Positions 1 to 9,604 of a stretch of 47,914 nucleotides of DNA are shown piece after piece. Location of the stretch: NCBI GenBank assembly GCA_023246005.1, contig JAHFJG010000009.1, positions 1-47,914 of the forward strand, in the 5' to 3' direction. How positions within the stretch are numbered: position 1 is the first letter of the stretch; each line of letters opens with the position of its first letter. This stretch comes from Candidatus Doudnabacteria bacterium (GTDB taxonomy: Bacteria; Patescibacteriota; Doudnabacteria; UBA920; O2-02-FULL-48-8). Under the pieces are notes generated by a model. It saw only the letters and a program-made list of their open reading frames with translations. It did no database searches and had not been told where the DNA came from. The translations under genes were made by a program, and so were the position numbers.

Positions 1-1101
1 AACGTGTGTGCCTTCCATATCTTGATCCAAAGCCTTGCCCACATCATGCAGCAGCGCTCCTTTTTTGATTGTCTGGACATCAGCACCCAGCTCTTCTCCC
101 ATCAACGCTGCCAGTTTAGCCATTTCAACCGAATGCTTGAGCACGTTTTGGCCATAACTGGTTCGAAATTTTAAACGGCCAATCAGTTGGACTAATTTCG
201 GGGGAAAATCAGCAATCCCTAATTCATAAACTGCTGCCTCACCTGCCTCCCGGATCATTTCCGCCACTTCTTTTTTTGCTTTCTCCGTGGCTTCTTCAAT
301 TTTGGCCGGATGTATGCGTCCATCTTGAATCAATTTTTCCAAAGCAATCTTGGCAATGTGACGGCGAACCGAATTAAATCCCGAAATAACAACTGCGTCC
401 GGCGTGTCATCGACAATTACCTCAACGCCCAGCATCTGTTCAAAAGTCCGGATGTTCCGGCCTTCTTTGCCAATAATCCGTCCTTTCATTTCTTCGCTGG
501 GCAACGTCACAGCAGTCGTGGTCATCTCGCTCGTCACTTCAGAAGCGCAGCGCTGGATGGCTAAAGCCACAATCTCTCGAGCTTTTCTGTCAGCATCTTC
601 ACGAGCATTGTTTAAAAGTTTGTGAGTCAGCATGACCATCTCATCTTTTATGCTTTTTTCTGCGGCTTCAAGCAGCACTCGCTTGGCATCTTCTGTCGAA
701 AGCCCGCTGATCTTCTGCAATTGTTCCAGCTGTTTGCCTTTCAGCTCGCGTATCTCGTCTTTGGTTTTTTCAATCTCGGTTTTCTTGGCAGCCATTTCAT
801 CCTTAATCTTATCTGTTTCAACGATTTTGCGCTCCAAATCCGATTCCTTGCGATTTAGACGCTCTTCAACCTTCAGGATTTGATTGCGAAATTCCTGCTC
901 TGACTTTTTGCCCGTTTCGACAATCTCCAAAGCCTTGGATTTGGCTTCCAACAATATTTCTTTTTCTTTATTTTTGGCCTCTTCCAAACTTCGGGCAACT
1001 TTGGCTTCCACGGAATTAACTTGGTTTGCTATCTGGAGTTTACGAACAAAATAGCCGACAATTAAGCCAATTGTTGCTCCAATCATAACTTGAATAACCA
1101 T
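1..1101 (-). CDS. rny: Ribonuclease Y (5' part; runs off the window)
   Basis: Manual translation from ATG at 1101: N-terminal hydrophobic anchor, coiled coil, KH motif (MKGRIIGKEGRNIR), HD motif (LLHDVGKA). Absent from the ORF track because it is truncated by the window edge. Confidence 0.95.
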   Translation of the reverse strand, partial: MVIQVMIGATIGLIVGYFVRKLQIANQVNSVEAKVARSLEEAKNKEKEILLEAKSKALEIVETGKKSEQEFRNQILKVEERLNRKESDLERKIVETDKIKDEMAAKKTEIEKTKDEIRELKGKQLEQLQKISGLSTEDAKRVLLEAAEKSIKDEMVMLTHKLLNNAREDADRKAREIVALAIQRCASEVTSEMTTTAVTLPSEEMKGRIIGKEGRNIRTFEQMLGVEVIVDDTPDAVVISGFNSVRRHIAKIALEKLIQDGRIHPAKIEEATEKAKKEVAEMIREAGEAAVYELGIADFPPKLVQLIGRLKFRTSYGQNVLKHSVEMAKLAALMGEELGADVQTIKKGALLHDVGKALDQDMEGTHV

Positions 1102-1450
1102 AATAAAACCTTTCCAAGTTTAGATGGATGCATCTTTAGACCAGAACTATGTCTTTGTTTCAATTAAAAAACTGAAAATTCCCTTGTTAAAAAGGGTAGT
1201 GTGGTAATTCTTAAATAATTGGACAAAAAATCGTTCTTCATTGAATCTTCACAAGATGCAATCACTAAGCTAAACAAATACTTATCAATTTAAGCGGCTC
1301 CAAGAGCCCTGCGCCTACCGTCAGGTAGGCATTTCTAATATAACATATCGAGGTGCAAAGTCAATCCCCCGGTTTTGTTGATAGTTGATAGTTTATAGTT
1401 CTTGGTTTATGCTTTATCTATCATCAATTAACTATTATCTATCAACTTTT

Positions 1451-2032
1451 ATGAAACAAGCTTTACCAAAACTTGGGTATGCCTATGATGCTTTGGAACC
1501 ATATATTGATGCCAAGACTATGGAGATCCATTATACTAAGCATCATCAAACCTATGTTGATAAACTGAATGCCGCCTTGGAAAAGTATCCGGATTTGCAA
1601 GGTAGACCAGTCGATGAACTTTTAAAAAAGCTTGATTCTTTAAAAATTGAAGAAGCCGACCGCACAGCCATTCGAAACCATGGCGGCGGGCATGTCAATC
1701 ATTCACTATTTTGGACAATTCTTAATCCAACAAACAAAAAAGATGAGAAGCTTATGGCTGACTTAATCAAGGAATTTGGTTCAATCGACGAGTTTAAAAA
1801 ACAATTTACAGATACTGCGACAAAAATCTTTGGATCCGGCTGGGCTTGGCTGGCTCGAGATGAAAAAGGCAAACTGCATTTGCATGGCATGCCGAATCAA
1901 GACTCGCCGTATCTGCATGGACAGACTCCAGTAATTGGCCTCGATGTCTGGGAGCACGCATATTACCTTAAATATCAGAATAAAAGGCCGGAATACATTG
2001 AGAATTGGTGGAAGGTTTTGAAACTGATTTAA
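1451..2032 (+). CDS. sodA: Fe/Mn superoxide dismutase
   Basis: LPKLGYAYDALEP, HYTKHH, NHGGGHVNH and DVWEHAYY motifs; start moved to ATG 1451. Metal specificity not determined. Confidence 0.93.
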   Translation: MKQALPKLGYAYDALEPYIDAKTMEIHYTKHHQTYVDKLNAALEKYPDLQGRPVDELLKKLDSLKIEEADRTAIRNHGGGHVNHSLFWTILNPTNKKDEKLMADLIKEFGSIDEFKKQFTDTATKIFGSGWAWLARDEKGKLHLHGMPNQDSPYLHGQTPVIGLDVWEHAYYLKYQNKRPEYIENWWKVLKLI

Positions 2033-2082
2033 GATTGACAACGGAATTTGCGAGTATTAAAATAAGTATTACCTAAACTAAC

Positions 2083-2367
2083 GTGGCGGCAGAAAGAAAT
2101 ATGACAAAGATGTCGAAAAACGATGTATCTAATGAAGAATTGGCCCGAATGATCGCCAAAGGTTTTAATAGTGTTGAGATAAGAATGGCGACCAAAGAGG
2201 ATCTCAAAAATCTGGCAACAAAGGATGACTTAAAGCGAGAGGCAACAGAAATCAGGCAAGATTTAGAAAATCTGGAACTCCGCATTGGTAGTCTGGCATA
2301 CGCATTTGACGTAAAAGATTTAAAAAAACGTATGGATGTAGTTGAACGCAAAATCGGAGTAAAATAA
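2083..2367 (+). CDS. Small coiled-coil hypothetical protein with ATK(E/D)DLK repeats
   Basis: ORF with repeated ATKEDLK/ATKDDLK; TTGACA...TAAAAT promoter-like motif upstream. Confidence 0.7.
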   Translation: MAAERNMTKMSKNDVSNEELARMIAKGFNSVEIRMATKEDLKNLATKDDLKREATEIRQDLENLELRIGSLAYAFDVKDLKKRMDVVERKIGVK

Positions 2368-2530
2368 ATGTGGAAAACAATAGTTGATTTTACTGAAATT
2401 GAACCAGACGGAGTTGAGCTTAAAGAAATTTTAATCCGGCTTTAATTTATTGAGTTGTCTGTGTCTCATTTTTTGACCATATGGTCAATTTTTAAGACAT
2501 ATAAACCGCCTGACTTGAGGCGGTTTTGAT

Positions 2531-2944
2531 TTATAACAGATCTAATCCTTGACCCGTGCCAGCTTCATGGTAACCAGCGTTCACGCCGAAAGAATTTTGT
2601 AATTCTTCGGACTCTGTTCTTAACTTTTTAATAATTTCATTGGCCTCTTCGCGGCTTTGGGCTGCTTCTAGTTTTGGAATGGCACCTTCTAATGCTAGTC
2701 GCATCCCTATGTGAGCCCTTTGCTCTTTTGAACCTACTTTATATAACGGTTCTGTATTAATTTTATAAGATTCGACATCGGTACGGATGCCCTGAACGAG
2801 CCTATCGCGATCTTCTTTGAATTTCCGATCGGATTCCGCCTGAGATCCTTCTGGTTTTTTTTCAGTTGATTCGGGCTTAATGCCCATCATTGCTTGGTCT
2901 CTTTGGGACATTTCGCCCATTTCTTCAGGGCCTGGTCTAGACAT
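2531..2944 (-). CDS. Hypothetical protein
   Basis: 137-aa ORF with hairpins on both sides. Confidence 0.65.
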   Translation of the reverse strand: MSRPGPEEMGEMSQRDQAMMGIKPESTEKKPEGSQAESDRKFKEDRDRLVQGIRTDVESYKINTEPLYKVGSKEQRAHIGMRLALEGAIPKLEAAQSREEANEIIKKLRTESEELQNSFGVNAGYHEAGTGQGLDLL

Positions 2945-3026
2945 AAATTTTTGATTAATTGTTTAAATTCATAATATTATTATCTCATCAAATCGTCAAA
3001 TATTAAACCGCCTTTTGGCGGCTAAT

Positions 3027-3368
3027 TTATTCTCGAATTTTCGCTTCTTTGCCTTCTCTTGTGTAGTAAAGTTTGGCTTTTCGAGCTGGAGTTTCTTTTA
3101 CGACTTCAATCTTTTCAATATTGGGTGAATGGATCGGAAAAATTCGTTCCACCCCAACACCAGAAGAAATCTTGCGCACAGTGACTGTGCCGTTCATAGC
3201 CTTGCCGCCTTTGGTTGCAATAACCTGACCTTCGAAAATCTGAATGCGTTCCTTTTCCTTGCCATCAGGCGAGATGTCTTTGATTTTCTGGTAAACGCGG
3301 ACAGTGTAGCCAGCTTTGAGTACTGGTACAGTTTTCAAATCTGCTTGTCTAAATGTTTGAATCATCAT
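3027..3368 (-). CDS. rplS: 50S ribosomal protein L19
   Basis: [12 protein letters not shown]...[20 protein letters not shown]...KAKLYY. Confidence 0.97.
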   Translation of the reverse strand: MMIQTFRQADLKTVPVLKAGYTVRVYQKIKDISPDGKEKERIQIFEGQVIATKGGKAMNGTVTVRKISSGVGVERIFPIHSPNIEKIEVVKETPARKAKLYYTREGKEAKIRE

Positions 3369-4290
3369 AACTAATTTGCACTTGATTAAGAATATTTTTC
3401 AAATCAAGAGGTAGAGTGGAGAACAATTCCAGCCACGTCCCATCCATCAACTGAAACTTTAATTTATAAGCGTGTAGGAATTGCCTGGTCAAGATTGTTG
3501 AATCTTGCTTTAGTCCGTAAACTTGATCGCCAACTATCGGATAGCCGATATGGGCCAAGTGGGCTCGAATCTGATGTGTGCGGCCTGTATGCAATTTTAC
3601 ACGAAGCAGGGAGAATTGTCCAGAAGCATCTAAAACCCAATACTCTGTCAGCGCCGGCTTAACTTTTCCGCCTGAGGCGCCCGCCTGCCCGGCCGGCAGG
3701 GATCCGTCTCTGACGGACATCTTTTGCTTAAGCGGTTGTTTCTCAAGAGGCAGATCAATGACATCATGTTTCTTGCTGGGTGTCCCATGGACTAAGGCTA
3801 AATATTCTTTTTCTACTTTCCGATCCATGAAAAGTTGTTTGAAATAATCATAGCTACCGGGATTCTTGGCAACCAAAATTAATCCTGAAGTATCTTCGTC
3901 CAGCCTGTGGACTATTCCTGGCCGATGTGGCTGCCCGACTTTTTCAATTCCAGGATAGAGACTTATCAAAGCATTAGCCAAAGTATCTTCTGTATTGCCA
4001 GCTCCTGGATGCACAACTAATCCTGCCGGTTTGTCAATCACAACCACCTCCTCGTTTTCAAAAACTATTTTTAATTTGAGATCACTTGGTTTCAGATTAT
4101 CAGATTCAAACTCTGGTAATTCAATCGTATCGCCAACGATAACCATATAATCCGGTTCTAAAATTTCCATACCGTTAACTGAAACCAAACCATGCTTAAT
4201 AGCAGTTTGGACTTTGCCTCTGGAAACCTGAGTTTCGTGGGCCAAAAATTTGTCCAACCGGTCAGTTTGATCTGATGTAAATTTAAGCAT
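3349..4290 (-). CDS. rluD: RluA/RluD-family pseudouridine synthase
   Basis: S4 domain, [29 protein letters not shown]; carries an in-frame palindromic insertion. Confidence 0.92.
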   Translation of the reverse strand: MLKFTSDQTDRLDKFLAHETQVSRGKVQTAIKHGLVSVNGMEILEPDYMVIVGDTIELPEFESDNLKPSDLKLKIVFENEEVVVIDKPAGLVVHPGAGNTEDTLANALISLYPGIEKVGQPHRPGIVHRLDEDTSGLILVAKNPGSYDYFKQLFMDRKVEKEYLALVHGTPSKKHDVIDLPLEKQPLKQKMSVRDGSLPAGQAGASGGKVKPALTEYWVLDASGQFSLLRVKLHTGRTHQIRAHLAHIGYPIVGDQVYGLKQDSTILTRQFLHAYKLKFQLMDGTWLELFSTLPLDLKNILNQVQISYDDSNI

Positions 4291-5050
4291 TTTTGATTAA
4301 ATCTGGCCTTCGTTTTTTTGTTCGCTTCAAAGCTTCGGCTTTGCGCCATTGGTCAATCTTGGCATGGTTTCCAGAAAGCAAAACTTTCGGCACTTTTTGT
4401 TTGTCAAACACTTCGGGTCGCGTGTACTGAGGATATTCCAAAAGCCCATCACTGAAACTTTCATGCACCAAAGATTCTTCTTTTCCCACGACCCCTGGAA
4501 CCAAACGAGCAACTGTATCCAAAACAACTAAAGCGGGAATCTCGCCGCCGGTCAAAACAAAGTCGCCAATGGAAATTTCCATATCAACCAAGCTCCGAAT
4601 CCGTTCATCAAATCCTTCGTATCTGCCGCAAATCAAAACTATCGTTTTATATTTTGACAATTTAACGGCTAATTTCTGATCAAATTTCTGGCCCTGTGGC
4701 GTAAGCAAAATTATCTTTAATCTTTTATCTTTAACCTTTAACCTTAGATCGCGCAAGGCGCGATCAATTATGTCGACGCGCAAAACCATGCCGGCTCCCC
4801 CGCCATAAGGTCTGGCATCCACACTTTTATGCACGCCCTCTCCCCAGTCGCGCAGATTTTTTATTTCAAATGAAACCAACTTTTTCGCCACTGCACGCTT
4901 AAGCAAACTTACATTCAGGTAAGATTCAAAAGCTTCCGGGAATAAAGTTAAAATAATAAATTTTACCCCCACACCAATAGTGCGACGGCTTGGTACATTT
5001 ATTCGAACTTTATTAATTTTTTTACTAATCCCAACGATGGAAAATTTCAT
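4283..5050 (-). CDS. trmD: tRNA (guanine-N1)-methyltransferase
   Basis: PYGGGAGMV, CGRYEGFDER, SIGDFVLTGGE, LEYPQYTRP; start uncertain because an inverted-repeat element occupies the 5' end. Confidence 0.95.
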   Translation of the reverse strand: MKFSIVGISKKINKVRINVPSRRTIGVGVKFIILTLFPEAFESYLNVSLLKRAVAKKLVSFEIKNLRDWGEGVHKSVDARPYGGGAGMVLRVDIIDRALRDLRLKVKDKRLKIILLTPQGQKFDQKLAVKLSKYKTIVLICGRYEGFDERIRSLVDMEISIGDFVLTGGEIPALVVLDTVARLVPGVVGKEESLVHESFSDGLLEYPQYTRPEVFDKQKVPKVLLSGNHAKIDQWRKAEALKRTKKRRPDLIKNA

Positions 5051-5062
5051 TTGGTGTGGGGG
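4966..5062. mobile_element. MITE-like element, family A (CCCCCACACCAA...TTGGTGTGGGGG)
   Basis: Perfect 12-bp terminal inverted repeats around an AT-rich core; flanks TTTA/TGAA. Confidence 0.75.
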
Positions 5063-5102
5063 TGAATAATTTCAAAACCCGCCGATGAGGCGGGTTTAGA
5101 TT

Positions 5103-5444
5103 TTAGAGCTTGAATTCGTCGATATCAGATGCTAAATCGCGATCCATAGATGGTGCGCCTTGACCCATCGGTTCTCGGCGACCTCTGGTCGAACCTTCCG
5201 GTTCGTGGATCTTCAGGTTCACCCGAGACTTGCGCTTGGCTCCAACCACCCGCAGAAGCGTGCGAATTGATTTGGCGGTTTGACCTTGGCGTCCGATGAC
5301 CTGCCCCATATCTTCTGGATTAAGGTGGAGAGTAATTAAGACTCCCATCTCATCCACAGTACGCTCGGTTTTTACATCTGTCGGATGATCAACCAAAGCT
5401 TTGACGAGAAATTCTACAAATTCCTGATCTTGTTCTTGTGCCAT
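5103..5444 (-). CDS. khpA: KH-domain RNA-binding protein
   Basis: DMGQVIGRQGQTAKSIRTLL; position between rpsP and trmD; start set at MAQEQD. Confidence 0.92.
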   Translation of the reverse strand: MAQEQDQEFVEFLVKALVDHPTDVKTERTVDEMGVLITLHLNPEDMGQVIGRQGQTAKSIRTLLRVVGAKRKSRVNLKIHEPEGSTRGRREPMGQGAPSMDRDLASDIDEFKL

Positions 5445-5555
5445 ATCTGTATTATTAATTGCTACTGTTAAGAACTGAAAACTGGCTTTCGTTCGACCTA
5501 TTTTGAAGCAGTTTCTTATCTTTAAGATATCGAAATAATTCTCTATTGTCAAACT

Positions 5556-5948
5556 CTAGGCTACAACCGGGGCTTCTGGAGCTGCTTTTATGGCTGGAGC
5601 AAGGGCTTCATCTGGGGCGGCCTGGGGAACAGGAACAACCATTGCTGGAGAAACTAGCGCAGTTTCTTCTGCTTGTTTTTTCTTTGGCCGCCAAGCCTTG
5701 ATTTTCTTTTCAACTATGATTTTCTTTTCTACCAATAAATTATGAACTGTTGGGGAAACCGAAACATGTTGATTGATCCAATAATCCAATCTTTCCTTAT
5801 TCCTTATTCCTAATTCCTTATTCCTTGGATTATAATTGCCCAAAACTTCCAAAGCCCGCTTGCCCGCGGCGCGGTGGGCTTCGGCCAAAACAATCCTAAA
5901 ACTAGGTTTGTTTTTTGTGCCCATACGTTGTAGTCGGATAGTTAACAT
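5556..5948 (-). CDS. rpsP: 30S ribosomal protein S16
   Basis: MLTIRLQRMGTKNKPSFRIV...LGNYNP. Confidence 0.96.
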   Translation of the reverse strand: MLTIRLQRMGTKNKPSFRIVLAEAHRAAGKRALEVLGNYNPRNKELGIRNKERLDYWINQHVSVSPTVHNLLVEKKIIVEKKIKAWRPKKKQAEETALVSPAMVVPVPQAAPDEALAPAIKAAPEAPVVA

Positions 5949-5988
5949 AGTTAATGCTCGCAAAGTATAACAAAACTACTACGCTTGG

Positions 5989-6612
5989 TCAACCCTGCTT
6001 TCGACCAAACTTTAGATGCTTTCTTAGCCAATAAATCAAACCAAAAATTATTAATACCACGATAACTATATCAAATTTCCGAAAATAGATTTCCAGATCA
6101 TGCCAATGTTCGCCAAGGCGAAGTCCCAGCCAAGCCAAAAAATACGACCAAATGAAGGAACCAAAAAAAGCGTACCCTAAAAATGAACCAAGCGGCACTC
6201 GGGCTATTCCTGCAGGAATGGAAATAAAAGTTCTGATCACTGGCAGAATCCGACCGTAGAAAGTCGAGATCGCGCCAAACTTGGCAAAAAACTTTTCTGT
6301 GATCCCCAGCTCACCTTCTGATACGTGAACATAATGTTCATATTTTTTAATTAACCTGATCCCGCCATGGTAACCCAAATAATACGTGATGAAAGATCCA
6401 ATAGTTGATCCAATAGCGCCGGCCAGAGCAAGGCCGAACAAACCAAATCTGCCCGAAACAACTAAAAATCCAGCAAATGGCATAATAACTTCCGACGGTA
6501 GCGGAATGGCGGCTGATTCGATAGCCATTAAACAAGCAACGCCGAAATAACCCAAATGGCTGATGGTTGAAGTAATAAACTGGGTTAAAGCTACGAGGAT
6601 ATTTGTCAGCAT
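5989..6612 (-). CDS. DedA-family membrane protein
   Basis: ESAAIPLPSEVIMPFAG and GRILPVIRTFISIPAG motifs. Confidence 0.92.
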   Translation of the reverse strand: MLTNILVALTQFITSTISHLGYFGVACLMAIESAAIPLPSEVIMPFAGFLVVSGRFGLFGLALAGAIGSTIGSFITYYLGYHGGIRLIKKYEHYVHVSEGELGITEKFFAKFGAISTFYGRILPVIRTFISIPAGIARVPLGSFLGYAFFGSFIWSYFLAWLGLRLGEHWHDLEIYFRKFDIVIVVLIIFGLIYWLRKHLKFGRKQG

Positions 6613-6613
6613 A

Positions 6614-8740
6614 TTATTCGGCCATAGCCTCGGCCTTCTCTAGCTTAATCGACAAAATCTTTGAAATGCCTTCATCAGACATGGTCACGCCATAAAGCGT
6701 GTGAGCCTGACGCATGGTTTCCCGATTGTGAGTAATGGTGATAAATTGGGTTTGATGAACCAGAGTTCCCAAAATTTTTGCGAACCGGACGGAGTTGGCT
6801 TCATCTAATGCGGCATCAACTTCATCCAAAACCACGAAGGGCGACGGATATGCGGCTAGCATCGAACAAAGTAAGGCGATAGCGGTTAAAGCGCGTTCGC
6901 CTCCGGAGAGCGCTGCGATAGATGCTAACTTTTTGCCAGGTGGAGTGGCTTTAATTTCAATCCCAACAATTTCCGGCCCAGTCTTTTTGTTTCTTAGGCC
7001 ATCAATAGTCGGCATCTCCTTATCAGTCTCATCCGCGTCTGAATCCGCATCCGCTTGTGATTTCATAAGCGTCATCACAGAACGGCCGCCATTAAACAAA
7101 ATCCGAAAATATTCGACAAACTTGGAAGAAATCTTTTCAAATGCTTGGTCAAATTGTTTTTTTATAATCTGATCAAGTTCATCGATCACTGATTTAAGAT
7201 CAGCAACTGCGGAAGTTAAATCTTTTGATTGAGTGGTCAAATAATCGAACCGCTCTGCCGTTTCTTTATATTCATTCAAGGTCGATTCGTCTACTCCACC
7301 GGCAAGTTCTAGTTGATGTTTTAGTTTGGAAATTCGGTTCACCAAATCGGATGAAAATTGCACTTTCTTGTACTGACTAAGCTCATCAAACCTGCCCTTC
7401 AAAGCTTCTTTACTTTCCCGGATCAAATTTTCCAACCTAGTATCCAGTTTGGCCTTTTCAATCAAAATTAAGTTTAATTCATCCTTGATTGTGATCAATT
7501 CCAAATTTTTAGCCCGAAATTTCTTTTCTTCATCCGTCAAAAAACTCTTTTTCTGTTTTTCTTCTGCTAGCAGCTTGTTTCTAACGCTTTTCTGTTCCTC
7601 CATGTCCTTTATAATCTGTTCCAGCTCCAAAGTTAAAGCAAGTTTCTGCTTTGACAATTCATCATTTTTTGATTGCCCAAATTGAAAAACCAGATCTTTT
7701 AAGCGTTTTTTTACTTCCTCAATGTTATCTGACTGCAAGGCTGCTAGAATCTTTTCAAATTCATGTTGAAATTTTGAAAAATCTCTCACTACAGGGGATT
7801 CGACTCGAAGCTTACCTTTGATTTCCGCCAAACGCTCTGCTAACATCAATCTTTTTTCTTCTAAATCTTTAAGATGCTTGTCTAATTGATCCAAAAAATT
7901 ATCAGCGCTGCCTGATTGCTGTTCTTCTTTCTCCAAAGTTTTTTCAAAACTTAAAATCTCCTTTTCTAATTTGGCAATAATGCCAACCTTGATTCCTAGC
8001 CGGTCAGTCACAGCTTTCAAATCAGTTTCCAATACAAAAAATTGGCTACCATAAAATTCCAATTGCAACAAAGCAAGCTCCGCAGCCACAGCCTCGCGCT
8101 CCTCCATACGCTTGGCTTGCCGCTTAAGCGACCTTAATCTTGGTTCAATTTCAGCCGCCAACTCTGACACTCGAGCTAAATTTTCTTCCGTCTGCTCAAG
8201 CCTTCTTAGAGTTTTTTCTCTTTTTATATAATAAGGCTTAACACCCGAGGCTTCTTCAATTAAATTTTTTATCTCCGCCGGTCCTGCCATAATCATTTGA
8301 TCAATAGTTCCTTGACTGATAACCGCATAATTAGTCGCGCCAAATCCAGAGCGCATAAGTGCATCTGTGATATCAAGCAGTCTTGAATGCTGATTATTAA
8401 TCAAATATTCTGACTCGCCGTTGCGGAATAATCGGCGACGAAATTCGACCTCTGAATATTCAAGCGGGATTTTGTGGTCGCGATTGTCAAAAGTCAAAGA
8501 TACCTCTGCCAAGGACAGTTTGGATTTTTTATCTGAACCGGCGAAAATAACATCCTCGGATTTTTTTCCGCGCAACAGCTTGAGCGACTGCTCGCCCATG
8601 ACCCAACGGATAGCATCAGCAACATTTGATTTGCCACTGCCATTGGGCCCGACCACAGCCGTCATGCCAGGATCAAAATTCAAAACAGTTTTATGCGCAA
8701 ATGATTTGAAGCCATGTAGTTCGAGGCGTTTTAAATACAT
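6614..8740 (-). CDS. smc: SMC-family chromosome segregation ATPase (short form)
   Basis: GFKSF, GPNGSGKSN, LSGGE, LDEVDAALD, ITHN. Confidence 0.9.
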   Translation of the reverse strand: MYLKRLELHGFKSFAHKTVLNFDPGMTAVVGPNGSGKSNVADAIRWVMGEQSLKLLRGKKSEDVIFAGSDKKSKLSLAEVSLTFDNRDHKIPLEYSEVEFRRRLFRNGESEYLINNQHSRLLDITDALMRSGFGATNYAVISQGTIDQMIMAGPAEIKNLIEEASGVKPYYIKREKTLRRLEQTEENLARVSELAAEIEPRLRSLKRQAKRMEEREAVAAELALLQLEFYGSQFFVLETDLKAVTDRLGIKVGIIAKLEKEILSFEKTLEKEEQQSGSADNFLDQLDKHLKDLEEKRLMLAERLAEIKGKLRVESPVVRDFSKFQHEFEKILAALQSDNIEEVKKRLKDLVFQFGQSKNDELSKQKLALTLELEQIIKDMEEQKSVRNKLLAEEKQKKSFLTDEEKKFRAKNLELITIKDELNLILIEKAKLDTRLENLIRESKEALKGRFDELSQYKKVQFSSDLVNRISKLKHQLELAGGVDESTLNEYKETAERFDYLTTQSKDLTSAVADLKSVIDELDQIIKKQFDQAFEKISSKFVEYFRILFNGGRSVMTLMKSQADADSDADETDKEMPTIDGLRNKKTGPEIVGIEIKATPPGKKLASIAALSGGERALTAIALLCSMLAAYPSPFVVLDEVDAALDEANSVRFAKILGTLVHQTQFITITHNRETMRQAHTLYGVTMSDEGISKILSIKLEKAEAMAE

Positions 8741-8755
8741 GTAAAAAATTTTATT

Positions 8756-9439
8756 TCAAAAATCAGAAACTTTCAGCCCATTTTCAGCAGCAGAAATTTC
8801 TGCTTCCTGCTTGGAGGGCCCGGTTCCCTTGGCAATTTGTTTGTCATTGATAAACACGGCAACTTCGAAATTTTTATTATGATCCGGGCCCCATTCAGCT
8901 AAAACTTTATAGTGCGGTGTGACTCCCAATTTTTCTTGAGCTAGTTCTTGAAACTTGCTTTTTGGGTCCAAAGTTTTGCCGTTTGTCACAATGCTTTCTA
9001 AATGATTGATCACAAATTCGTAAATAAAAGTCTTGACAACATCAAATCCTCGATCCAAATAAATTGCGCCAATCAGCGCCTCGAACGCATTAGCCAAAAT
9101 GACTTGGCGGGCTCGACCCATATCTTTCGACTCGCCGCGGGAAAGCAAAATGTATTTATCCAACTCCATGCTACTGGCAATTTCTGACAGCATTTTATAA
9201 TTGACCAAAGCCGAGCGTAAATTAGTTAACTCTCCCTCTGGATTTGGAAAATTGCGGTACAAATATTCGGTCGTAATCAATTCCAAAACCGCATCCCCCA
9301 GAAACTCCAGTCGTTCATTATGCGGCATGGGCCAACGACGATTTTCATTTAAATAAGATCGATGCGTTAAGGCGCTTTGCAAAAAATTACGATCTGTAAA
9401 TTGTACTTTAATTTTAATCTCAAGCTTGTCTAAATCCAT
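8756..9439 (-). CDS. rnc: Ribonuclease III
   Basis: ALTHRSY, NERLEFLGDAVL, C-terminal dsRBD. Confidence 0.97.
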   Translation of the reverse strand: MDLDKLEIKIKVQFTDRNFLQSALTHRSYLNENRRWPMPHNERLEFLGDAVLELITTEYLYRNFPNPEGELTNLRSALVNYKMLSEIASSMELDKYILLSRGESKDMGRARQVILANAFEALIGAIYLDRGFDVVKTFIYEFVINHLESIVTNGKTLDPKSKFQELAQEKLGVTPHYKVLAEWGPDHNKNFEVAVFINDKQIAKGTGPSKQEAEISAAENGLKVSDF

Positions 9440-9514
9440 ATGTTAGTAAAAAGGCAAAAATCAAAAGTAAAAACCTTTATTTTTTACGTTTAACTTTTAA
9501 CTTTGGTTAATTAT

Positions 9515-9589
9515 TGGTGGACGGTAGTGGGTTCGAACCACTGACCCTCTCTACGTCAAAGAGATGCTCTACCACTGAGCTAACCGTCC
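9515..9589 (-). tRNA. tRNA-Val (GAC)
   Basis: Cloverleaf GGACGGTTAGCTCAG...TTGACGT...GGTTCGAACCC...CCA. Confidence 0.95.
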
Positions 9590-9604
9590 GCTACTAAATA
9601 AAAT

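Noticed and set aside
310-883. Several plus-strand ORFs of 73-84 aa
   Set aside because: Antisense shadows of rny; the same applies to the short antisense ORFs over smc, ftsH, recA, ftsK and infB.
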